DNA of 64,000 bases from the NCBI GenBank assembly GCA_013239625.1, contig MU056050.1:3830084-3894083 (forward strand), written 5' to 3'. Origin of the DNA: Lama guanicoe. Taxonomy: Eukaryota. Below are positions 53,314 through 64,000 of this stretch, one piece after another (position 1 is the first letter of the stretch; each line of letters begins with the position of its first letter). The position numbers and the translations under genes were made by a program. The notes under the pieces are model-generated. The model saw nothing but the letters and a program-made list of their open reading frames with translations. It had not been told where the DNA came from and did not search any database.

Positions 53314-53784
53314 CTGTATTTGTTATAATGTGCTTAACTTTTGGTTTTGATGGATAGGAGGGATGACTGTGCTCACCAAAGGATTTGCAAGCTGATATGT
53401 TAGCATTTTCTAGTAAAGTATGTAGTCTGGCTTTACACTTTATTTCACACTTCCAGTGATTTTTCTTATCACTGTATTAAGTCAATATACAGAGTTGCTA
53501 TCATTCGCTATTTTAATATCGCCATGTCTAATCATGACTGTATAGACCGTTATGAGGCCTAAAATTTATAGTATACAAAAACAGGGGTAGTTCATCAATG
53601 GAGAAATGAAATCAGACTGTCAACCAGTTATTTTATCTTTTAGGGCAAAATTGCCTTATGGCCAATTTATCGTGAGGAGAAACTGCTTACGACAAAGATT
53701 TTTATGGCAAAAATACCTAGAACCAGCTGGGAAGCAGACTTTTCTGAAGTGCCTTTTTTTTTTTTTAATTTTGGCACATGTGAC

Positions 53785-55125
53785 GTTGTGATGTAATATG
53801 AAATATAATTGATCTTTGTTTCCAGTTCCTGGCACAGAGCTTCTAAAAATCCCTTGGAATTTTCTGGGTGATAAGAGTTTTAGAAGCATCTTTTGTTATA
53901 CGTAACAGGCTCCTTTCTTTTCTTTTCTTTTCTTTTTAGCTTCTTTTTTAGATTTTTTTTTTGAAAGTAGAACTTATTCTCATTTTTTATTTTAATTTTT
54001 TTAAATTTTAGTATAGTCAGTTTACAATGTTGTGTCATTTTCTGGTGTATAGCATAATAGTTCAGTCATACATATGCTACATACATTCACTTTCATATTC
54101 TTTTTCATTATAAGTTACTACAAGATATTGAATATAGTTCCCTGTGCTATACAATAGAAACTTGTTTATATATTTTATATATAGTAGTTAGTATCTGCAA
54201 ACCTCAAACTCCCAATTTGTCTCTTCTCACCCACTTCTGCCCTGGTAACCATAAGTTTATTTTCTATGTCTGTCAGTCTGTTTCTGTTTTGTAAATAAGG
54301 TCATTTGTCTTTTTTTATTAATTTTTTTAGATTCCACATATAAACAATATCATATAGTATTTTTCTTTCTCTTTCTGGCTTCACTTAGAATGGCAATCTC
54401 CAGGTCCATCCACATTGCTGCAAATGGCCCCTTTCAAACTTATGTGAGTTTATAGTGATGAGATGACTGGTCGCTGGAAGCCCCTGCATAGCTTCAAGAA
54501 TGGGACTGGTTGCCATAGAAACCAACCAGGTGATTAGAGCGTTAGAACTTTTACCCTTCTTCTCCATGATCATTCCCACACTCACCTCCAGGAGGGAAGA
54601 GTGGCTGTGGATTGAGTTAGTCACCAATGATCAGTGGAACCTTCATTAAAACCCTAATGGAAGGGGTTTGGAGAGCTTCCAGTTCATGAATGCATCCATA
54701 TGCCAACAGAGTGGTACACCCCAAACTCCATGGGGAGAGAAGCTCCTGTGATTAAGACCCTTCGGGACCTTATATACCTCTTCATCTGACTATTCATTTG
54801 TATCCTTTATAAGAAACCAGTAATAGTAAGTAAATTATTTCCCTAAATTCTATAAATCATTATAGTAAATTATCAAAGCTAAGGAAGGGGTTGTGGGAAA
54901 CCTTGATTTGTAGCCAAATCGGACAGAAATATGGGTAACCTGGGGACCCACTGCTTGCAATTGGCATCTGAAATGGGGACAATCTTGTTGGATTGAGCCC
55001 ATAACCTGTGGGATCTGATACTATCTCTGGGAAGACAGTGTCAGAATTAAATTAAATTGTAGGACATTCAGTTGGTATTGGCTTAGTGTGCAAAACCCAC
55101 ACATTTGACATCAGAAGTGCTGTGA
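53785..55125 (+). mobile_element. MER21-type LTR interrupted by a minus-strand L1 3' end (about 53910-54425)
   Basis: ccagttcctggcacagagcttctaaaatcccttggaat...gtgtcagaattaaattaaattgtaggaca...cccacacatttg. Confidence 0.8.
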
Positions 55126-55889
55126 AAAACACTTTTCCTATAGTACATGTGAATGTTTCACAAAATTAAAATGACAAAATTGAATCAAAATAGCATAAAA
55201 GCACATAAACTTAAGCATGTATATCAAATTGGAGACAGGAGAAATATTGCAGACAACCTCAAAACACAATGTTGTGGCTGTATATCCTTAGTGGGACATA
55301 TAATGAGGACAAAAAGAACTTCAAAGAAATCTAAAAACTGAATTCAATATATTAGTAGTGATCACAACAGTTATTTTAAAACTAACATTTGTATATATTA
55401 GATAAAACAAATAATTGAGTACATTAATGTCTTTAGTTACGAATATTTTCAGAGTAAGAAAAAGAGGAAAAAAAAAACCTAAAATCTGAGAACTTAAAAG
55501 CCTAGTAGTCTTAAACGTGAGTTGAAACAAAATGATTCACCTTTCATTTTCAAAGATCTATATGTATGTATTTCTGCTCGTTAACAATGTAACCTAGACA
55601 GAGGCCTCAAAATATTTTCGTGGAGAAACGATTGGAGGTATGTGACAGGAAATGTGTAAGATGAACCTGAGAAATATTGTCATTCTAGACAGCAAGGAAA
55701 AACTACTGAGGTAATGTCAACAGGATAGAGGAGCCAATCTAAAAGACTCCCATTGACCAAAGTTGGGCCAATTTGAAATCATTCTTGATAATTGCAGTGC
55801 ATTGAACCATATCAGATTGCATATATAATGAAGTCATAATGATACTTTAAAAATAATAATAACAATGACAAAAACCTTACTTGTCATTG

Positions 55890-56340
55890 TTGTGTCCCCA
55901 CAAAAGATGTGTTGAGTACTTAACCACTAGTACTTGTCAATGTAACCTTTCTTAGAAATGGGATCTTTGCAGCTAGAATCAAATTGAGTTGAGATCATAA
56001 CCTGATTAGGGTGGGCCATAAATTCATTGGCTGTTGTCCTTATAAGGAGAGACACATAGAGACACACACAGAAGAAAGACAGTAATGTGAAGACAGATGC
56101 AGAAGTTAGAGCAATGCAGCTAGAAACCAAAGAACACAAAGGATTGTCAGCAAACAACAGAAGCTAGGAAAAGGCAAGGAAGGATTCTTTTCTAGGTCCT
56201 TTAGAGGGAGCATGTCTCTGCCAACACTTTGATTTTGGACTTCTAGTTTCTAGAATTCTGAAAGGATAAATTTTTATTTTTCTTTTAGTCACCCAGTTTG
56301 TGGTAATTTGTTTTGACAGCCCTGGGAAAGTAATTCATCA
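55890..56340 (+). mobile_element. MLT1-type MaLR solo LTR within an L1MC-type 3'UTR (about 55630-57540)
   Basis: tgtgtccccacaaaagatgtgttg...gattagggtgggcc...ttggacttctag...cccagtttgtggtaatttgtt. Confidence 0.85.
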
Positions 56341-57649
56341 TCTTCATATGTTCTGAGGCCACTAACTCATTATCCTGAATATTGGTAAACAGAGAGAAAT
56401 ACTATTTTTTTCTACTTTTACTGTATAAATTATATTTCCAAGTCATTAATATTCATGATGGGTAGTTCCTCTTTATAGAAGAATCCTAACTAATAAATGC
56501 AGCAATCATAGAATTTGAATATGATCTATTTCCACTCTCTAATAAAATAATGAGTCTGTGCAATGGATCATCAATGAAGGTTCAACTAATTTTGTGATAA
56601 ATTGATGGGAGAACTTTATAATGGATGGAGACAGATGATAATACCTAAATTCACTGACCAGTCTTGCCATCACTAAAAGTGGGACAACCACCCATAAGTG
56701 CTTCCTGGGGTGATGTAGTAAGAAATGTATGTACCATCTATGAAGTATTCTTGCCAACAAACTAAAACTAAATCTAGTCAGTCTTTAGATATAACTCCCA
56801 ATTTACAGGAAAATATGTAAGAGAGAGAGAAACTTTAAGGACACATTTATATTCAACCAAATCCAGAATACTGAAACTCCAGAGAACAAAATGACCCTAT
56901 TCTTTAATAATAGATGTCATTAAAAAATATTGGGGGACTGAAACAACAAGAGATGTATCAAACAAATTCAAAACCTTGTTTAGACTCTTTTTTTGAAAAA
57001 TTAACTAAATTTTTTGGAAACAATTAAGGAAATGTGAATATGACCTGCTATTGGATGATGCTGAGAAATTATGATTCATTTTCTTAGATTATTAATTTAT
57101 GCATTTATGCATGCATGTATGTATGTATGTATTTAAAGTACAGTCAGTTACAATGTGTCAATTTCTGGTATACAGCACAATGTCCCAGTCATGCATATAT
57201 GTACATGTATTCGTTTTAATATATTTTCTTAGGTGTTATAATAGTACTATGGTTTGTTTTTAAAACATGCTCTCTTGGCAATAAATACTGACATATTCAA
57301 CAGAAGTGAAGTTGTAAGTCAGAGATTGCCTTAAAATATACCAGAAAAAAACAAACAAGGAAGCAAGCCAGCAATCAAAACAAACACACAAACACATAAA
57401 GACAGAAGTAGTTAATGTCAAAGGATTTATATGAAACAATATTGTGAAAATGTTGATAATTGTCGAAGCAGGAAGTGTGCAGGAGGTTTCATTTCAATAT
57501 TTTCTTTATTTTTGTCTGTGCTTGAAGATACCCATAATGAAAAATCTTTTAAATTTCGTATAAGTGTCAGCAATACATTTGCCACCTATTGGATGCTAAT
57601 GCCAGATAGCGAATATTCTGAGTATTGAAGAATATTATTCCCTTTCTTT

Positions 57650-57955
57650 TTTTACATTTATTTATTTATTGAACTAGAATTGACATTTAACATTGTATTA
57701 ATTTTAGGTGTACAACATAATGATTTGATATATGTATATATTTTAAAATGATTACCAGAAGAAGCTTAGTTAATATTCATCATTGCAGATAGTTACAATT
57801 TTTTTCTTATGATGAAAACTGTTAACATCTACTGTCTTAGCAACTTTCAAATATGCAGTGAGGTACAATTAACTATAATCATCATGCTGTACATTGCATC
57901 ACCAGGACTTATTTGTCTTATAACTTGAAGTTTGTACCTTCTGACCACCGTGACC
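57650..57955 (-). mobile_element. L1MA-type 3' end, followed by (CA)n at about 57972-58022
   Basis: Reverse complement of the L1 3'UTR seen at about 4050-4370. Confidence 0.8.
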
Positions 57956-57969
57956 TTTTTTATGGCTGT

Positions 57970-58009
<40 letters not shown>

Positions 58010-58199
58010 AACACACACACACGACTCAGCTGTGAGCCATCAGTAGCCTATACTCCTGGCAGCTGAAGGAATGAGTGCTTTCATCTAGAAAAGAGAAATG
58101 GGCAATACACCACAGCATCCCTCACAGTGGGGAAAGGAAAAAAAAAGGCTATTCAAAAAATCACACTAGAGGGTCTAACTTATTCAGCATAATGATTGC

Positions 58200-58620
58200 A
58201 TGAATGTACATACATGCATATATATATTATCTGTGCAGTGGGGATAAATAATAACCTGACCTTCCTACCTTTTGGGATGTTGAAGGAATAAAGTAAAATA
58301 TTATTTGTAAAAGTATTTGTGAGTGATAAATGGCTATAGGGAGTATCATGGCATTGTGAATATATTAAATGCCTGGAAAAGCTCAGTTAGCATCCTGTCT
58401 CTGTTTTAACTGGCTATGTGGAATCTCAGTTCTCCATCTAGAAAATGAGAAAGCCACACTAGACTGTGGTTCTCTAATACAATAGTTGTCAAGCTCCAGT
58501 GTACATCAGAATTCTTAGGGAAGCCTGTTAAAATATAGAGGCCTTATTCAGCATCTCTGGAGATGGAACCTTCTCTGTATTTTTAGCATGTATCTCAGGA
58601 GATTTTGAGAAACACTGCTT
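58200..58620. mobile_element. MIR fragments and a MER5A-like MITE
   Basis: tctcagttctccatctagaaaatgag; catcagaattcttagggaagcctgttaaaata...ttgagaaacactg. Confidence 0.6.
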
Positions 58621-59011
58621 TAAGAGCGTTTCCAAATTTGAGTTCATAGTGTCGCATTTTTAGTTATTTACTTGGATCAGCATTTTATATTCAGTGTTCT
58701 GGAAAACACCAACTTTATAGGTAGTTAGTAGAATATCAAGAATGTACTTTAGGAAATTCTGACTTTGATTTTTCACAAATTCACATTAGCTTGGGCTTTG
58801 CAATAATAGTGCCCATTAATGATTGCTCTCAATTGATTTTTAAGGTTATCTACTGCTTCCTCTCCCCTTTACAATACATATTTAATCATGAGTTTTTTTT
58901 CTGCCAGTGTTGAAGATCATAGGTTCATCAGCATAGCAGGATCTCCTGAACATCCAATACAGTAGAATTAAACCAAATCACGTTCATAAAAATATTAGCA
59001 TATTGAAATTA

Positions 59012-59339
59012 AAACTCCTGTATGGTTCCATTGTAATTGTAATATTAGATATGAAATACCATGGGTGTGTGTGCAACAGAAACCATACTTGAAATATGAG
59101 CAAGTTTTACATGATAAAAAGAATACTATTTCTCAAAATAAGAGAAAAAAGAAAGAATGATAGTGGAACATTTCTTGACACCCTCTGCTGTCGATGGGAA
59201 AGACACTCAGACTTAGAAGAACAGAATAAAATAATTTACAAGTCAAAATAATGTCCAAAACATCAGGTTGATTTGTTACTCTTATTGAAAAAAATCTTAC
59301 ACTATATTCTGAATAGCTCTGTTGAAAGATGTGTAGCAT
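59012..59339 (-). pseudogene. Candidate first coding exon(s): N-terminal suppressor-domain-like strands
   Basis: DIILTC...LSLSVFPIDSRGC resembles RYR1 EVVLQC...LCLAAEGFGNRLC. MVFHI*YYNYNGTIQEF (59012-59062) has the spacing of RYR1 CCFVLEQSLSVRALQEM. The spacer between the two blocks is longer than expected, and splice boundaries are unresolved. Confidence 0.45.
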
Positions 59340-60214
59340 ATACTTCCTATCTTGAAGTTAGGGATGATTGCTCTAAAATAGAAGGTATACAACACTGAAG
59401 TTGACTATCTACATATATAATTGAGCCAGTAAGATAGAGATTGCAATATTTAAAGTGTCTGATTTTAAGAAATGCTAATGGAAATCCAAGTGGGCTTTTG
59501 ATTCAGAGTTACAAGACATTTTTCATCAAGAATTCTAACCATTATTTCTATTTACACTACTATAAAAATTCCTCCCTGTTTCAGAAGTTCAAGTGGCACC
59601 AAGAGGGACACCTTCCAAGTCTAAACATACAAGAAACTCCATGTTTCTCCTTATCTTTTCTCTCTGTCTCTAGCCCACTATACCAAAATTCCAAAGAACC
59701 CTATCACTTATGGCCATTTTTAAAGTTCTCCTGCTTCTAAATCTGAAATCCAGGAAATGATTCACTTCCAGTAAACTTGCTAATAATACTTGTCTACCAT
59801 CTGTGTTTATATATTTAATTTTTTATTGAATTACACAAAGAAGTGCACATATCAGAACTCAATTAATTATTAAAACATTAATAGAGTTATGTGGCCACTT
59901 CCCAGATTAGGAAATAGAGCGTTGCCAGCACACCAGAGTCATTCTTGTGTACCTCCCAGTCACTACCTCCACCCTATTCCCAGAAGCAACAACCATTCTT
60001 ACTTCTAACACCATAGATTAGTTTTTTTTAAAACTGTATATGACTTAAATTATACAGTATGAACTGTTGTGTTTTTTGACTCAGAATATGTTTGAAATAT
60101 TCATCCTTGTTATTGCACATAATTATTATTTATTCATTTTCATTGCTATATAGTAAACCATTGTATTAATATTTATATCAATTTATCTGGTTATCTGTTT
60201 ATAGGCAATTAGTT

Positions 60215-63200
60215 TGATCCCACATGGAATAAAACTGGAAATCAATAACAAAAAAGAAATTGGGAAAACTCACAAATGCATAGAAATTAAACAACAAAGT
60301 CTCAATTATTGGGTCAAGGAAGAAATCAAAAGAGAAATTAGAAAATTTCTCAAGACAAGAATGAAAACGCAACATAACCAAATTTATGGGTATAGCAAAA
60401 TCAGTACTAAAGAGAAATTTATATTAATAAATGCCTATATTAAATAAGGAAGAAAGATCGCAAATAAATAATCTAACTTTTATGTCAAGGAACTAGTAAA
60501 AGAAGAAGAAACTAACCCTAAAGCTAGCAGAAAAAAAAATACTAATGATTAGAGCAGAAATAAGTGAAACAAGTAATAGAAATACTCTTAAATAATTTGA
60601 CAAAACTAAGTCTGTTTCTTAAAAATATAGACAAAATTGGTAAACTTTTAGTTAGACTAAAAACAGAGAGCAAAGACTCAAAATCAGAAATGATAGAAAT
60701 ACATTACAAATAATCTCACATAAATGAGAAAGATCATCAGAAATGAGCACTAACAATTATATGCCAACATATTTGACAATATAGAAGAAATGGATAAATT
60801 TGTAGAAACATATGACCTACCAAAACTGAATCAAGAAGAAATAGAAAGCCTGAACAGACCAATAACAAAAAAAGGAGATTAAATTAGTAATTTTTAAAGA
60901 AGCTTCCTAACAGAAAATCCCAGGAATAAATGGTTTCACAGGTAAATATTACCAAACATTTAAAGAATTGATAATAATTCATCTTAAACTCTTCCAAAAT
61001 AAAGAGAAAACTCTTCCAAACTTATGAGACCAGCATCATCCTGTTACCAAAGTTAGGCAAAGACATGGCAAGAAAAAAAACCACAGGCCAATATCCCTGA
61101 AGAACATGGATGCAAAAATATTCAACAAAATATTAGCAAACTGAATTCAACAGTATATTGAAAGGATCATATACCATGATCAAGTGGAATTTATTCCTGA
61201 GATTCAAGGATTGTTCAATATACACAAATCATTAAATGTGATAAATCACACTAAGGGAACAAAGTACACAAATTTTATGATCACTCCAATACATAGCTAA
61301 AAAGCATTTGAAAAAGTTCAACACACTTTCTCCACATATTAAGTATGGAAAGAACTTACCTCAGTAAAGTAAAGGTCATTATTATGAAAAGCCAACAACT
61401 AACATCATACTCAACAATGAAAAACTGAAAGCTTTCCTCTAACAATGAAAAACTGAAAGCTTTCCTCTAAGTTCTGAAACAAAACAAGGATACCCAATCT
61501 CAACATTTCTATTCAACATAGTAGTGGAAATCTAAGTGACGGCAATTGGAAAAGAGAGAGAGAGAAAACAAAAGACATCCAAACCACCAGTAAAATGTTA
61601 AATTGTCTCTTTGTAGATGGCATATTCTTATGTACAGAAAACACTAAAGACTCTACTAAACAACTCCTAAGACTGATAAATTCAGTTATGTTTCAGGATA
61701 CAAAATCAACACACAAATATCAGTTGCATCTCTATACACTAAAAATGAACAACATGAATAGAGAATTAAGAAAACAATTCTGTTTACAAGCATCAAAAAT
61801 AAAATGGTTAGAAATAAGCTTGACCAAGGAGATGAAACACTGAAAACTACAAAATATTGCTGAAAGACATTAAAGAAGACATAAGTAAATGGAAACACAT
61901 CCCAGGTTTATGGATTGGAAGACTTACTATTGTTAAGATGTCTATACAATTCAAAGTGATCCACAGATTGAGTGCAATCTCTGAAATTCCTGATGATGTT
62001 TTTGTAGTAATATGAAAACTCATCCTAAAATTAATATGGAATCTCAAGGGACCCCAAATCACCGAACAATCTTAAAAAAAAGCAGCACAAAGCTGGAGGG
62101 GTTGTACTTCCTGATTTCAAAATTTACTACAAAGCTGTAGTCATAAAAATAGTGTGGTACTACATAAGGACAGACATATAGACCAATGAAGTAGAATGGA
62201 GAGCCCCCAAATAAACTTTTGCATATATATTCAGAAGACTTTTGGTAAAGGTGATAAGACCATTCAATGGGGAAAGGAAAGTCTTTTCAACAAATGATCT
62301 GGGAAAAATGGATATCCACAAGTAAAATAATGAAGTTGGAAATTTATCTAATACTATATACAAAAATTAACTCAAAATGGACCAAAGAAAGCCCTAAATG
62401 TAAGACCTAAAAGTGTAAAACTCTTAGAAGAAAACATAGGGCAAAATCTTTGTGACATTGGCTTTGACAGTGATGTCTTGAATATGACACCAAGGGTACA
62501 GATAACACACAAAAGAACAGATGAATTGAATTCATAAAAATTTAAAATATTTTTAGCATCAAAAGACAATAAAGTTAAAGGACAACCCCAGAGGAGGAGA
62601 AATTACTTGAAAATTCTTTATCTAAGGGGTTAATATCCAGAATATATAGAGAAACTGAAAACTCAGTGACAGAAATACGGACAACCTGATTTAAAAATTG
62701 GTGGACTTAAATAGACATTCCTCCATAGAAGATATACAGATGTCCAACGGGCACATGAAAAAATACTGAGTATCACTAGACATTAGGGAAATGCAAATCA
62801 AAACTACACTTAGATACTACTTCAGACCCATTAGAATGGCTACTATGAAAAAAACAGAAAATAAATGTTGGTGAGGATGTGGAGAAATTGGAACCCTTGT
62901 GCATTATTGATGTGAATGTAAAATGGTGCATCCACTATGGAAAACAGTATGGTGGTTTCCCCCAAAATGAATAATAGAACTACTGTATGATCCAGAAATT
63001 CTACTTCTCAGTAGAATATACATACACACACATATATATTATATATATATAAATAAAATATATTAATATATATAAAATTGAGAGCAGGATCCCACAGGAT
63101 ATTTGTACACCCTTGTTGATAGCAGCTTTATTCACCATAGCTTAAGTATGGAAGCCACCTAAGTGTACACTGACAGATAAGTAAAATGTAGTATGTACAT

Positions 63201-63555
63201 ACAATGGAATATTATTCATCCTTAGAAAGAAGAAAATTCTGACATACTCTACAGTAGGGATCAACCTTGAGATCATTATGCTAAATGAAATAAGCCAGCC
63301 ACAAAATGACAAACACTATATGACTTCATTTTTATGAGTTACTTGAAGTAATCCAAATCATAGAGACAGAAAGTAGAATGATAGTTGTTAGGGACTGGGG
63401 AGAGAGGAGAATGGAGAGTCATTGTTTAATGGGTATGGAATTTCAGTTTTACAAGACAAAAAGAATTAATAGAGATTGATGATGGTGATGGCTGTACATT
63501 ATGAGTTTATTTAATACACTCAACTGTACACCTAAAAATAGTTATTAAAAAAATA
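60215..63555 (+). mobile_element. LINE-1 (decayed ORF2 and 3'UTR)
   Basis: GIKLEINNKK; DAKIFNKILAN; 3'UTR ending near 63550. Confidence 0.9.
61413..61468 (+). repeat. Perfect 28-bp tandem duplication
   Basis: AACAATGAAAAACTGAAAGCTTTCCTCT occurs twice in direct succession. Confidence 0.95.
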
Positions 63556-64000
63556 GAAACCTACTTGTGTGGGAGGTTATATTTGTAATTCATGTAATTG
63601 TATACTTATGGTTTATGTACACGCATTGAATAATTTTCTCTGACTTCAAAACAAGGATAAGAGAATTAGTTTTACAATTGATGTATGATTTATTGCCATT
63701 AATAATAAAATAGGATTTTCATTTTTCCTGACATCTGAAGTGAGTATACTCACATTTTAAAATGTAACACAAAATGTTACAATAACTTGAATTCCTCAAT
63801 TGAAATACTATTTATTCTCATTTGTGAGAGCACTGTAATAGTGGCAGCACTTACGTGGCAATATAAAAAGATGACTTTTTCAAATATTTACATTAAAAGT
63901 TACATCTATTTGATTTAAAATATACTAGGAACTAGTCCATCATAGAAACACCCAATGAATTTTTCACTTATTCCACAGCATTTAGTAAGTGTACATAGTA

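Larger units (their letters stand above)
703..59339 (-). pseudogene. Unprocessed, decayed pseudogene of a divergent IP3-receptor/ryanodine-receptor superfamily channel (5' part only: suppressor/MIR, RIH, ARM); continues beyond the window start
   Basis: About 9 minus-strand exon remnants in unique DNA, in the domain order of ITPR1/RYR1. Most have AG/GT boundaries with chained phases (174 nt 1-1; 87 nt 1-2; 127 nt 2-1; 88 nt 1-2; about 218 nt 2-1; 347 nt 1-0; about 970 nt 0-1; then phase 1). Many in-frame stops, frameshifts and an exonic L1 insertion. Motif matches were made by eye from recalled ITPR1/RYR1 sequences. Confidence 0.8.

Noticed and set aside
59012..59050. Plus-strand KLLYGSIVIV resembling RYR1 LLYGHAILL
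   Set aside because: Wrong strand relative to all other exons, and the conserved His is missing; chance.

Overview
AT-rich, repeat-dense mammalian genomic DNA. A tRNA-Ala-derived SINE of the Vic-1 type suggests a camelid. Most of the window is LINE-1 of several ages, plus L2/MIR, hAT DNA transposons, MaLR/ERVL LTRs and a two-LTR ERVL remnant. No intact protein-coding gene is supported; the listed ORFs are mostly L1 debris or low-complexity sequence. Main observation: the non-repetitive islands, read on the minus strand, form an ordered series of about 9 decayed exons (about 59.3 kb down to 0.7 kb, continuing beyond the window start). Most have AG/GT boundaries, and the intron phases are mostly compatible. 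With stops and frameshifts tolerated, they translate colinearly into the N-terminal part of an IP3-receptor/ryanodine-receptor superfamily Ca2+-release channel: suppressor and MIR beta-trefoil domains, the RIH domain and the following ARM region. The peptide is far too diverged to be ITPR1-3 or RYR1-3, mixes RyR-like and IP3R-like motifs, and includes one exon of about 1 kb. It therefore looks like an unprocessed pseudogene of a separate, lost ITPR/RYR-like paralog. All alignments were made by eye against ITPR1/RYR1 sequences recalled from memory and need computational confirmation.
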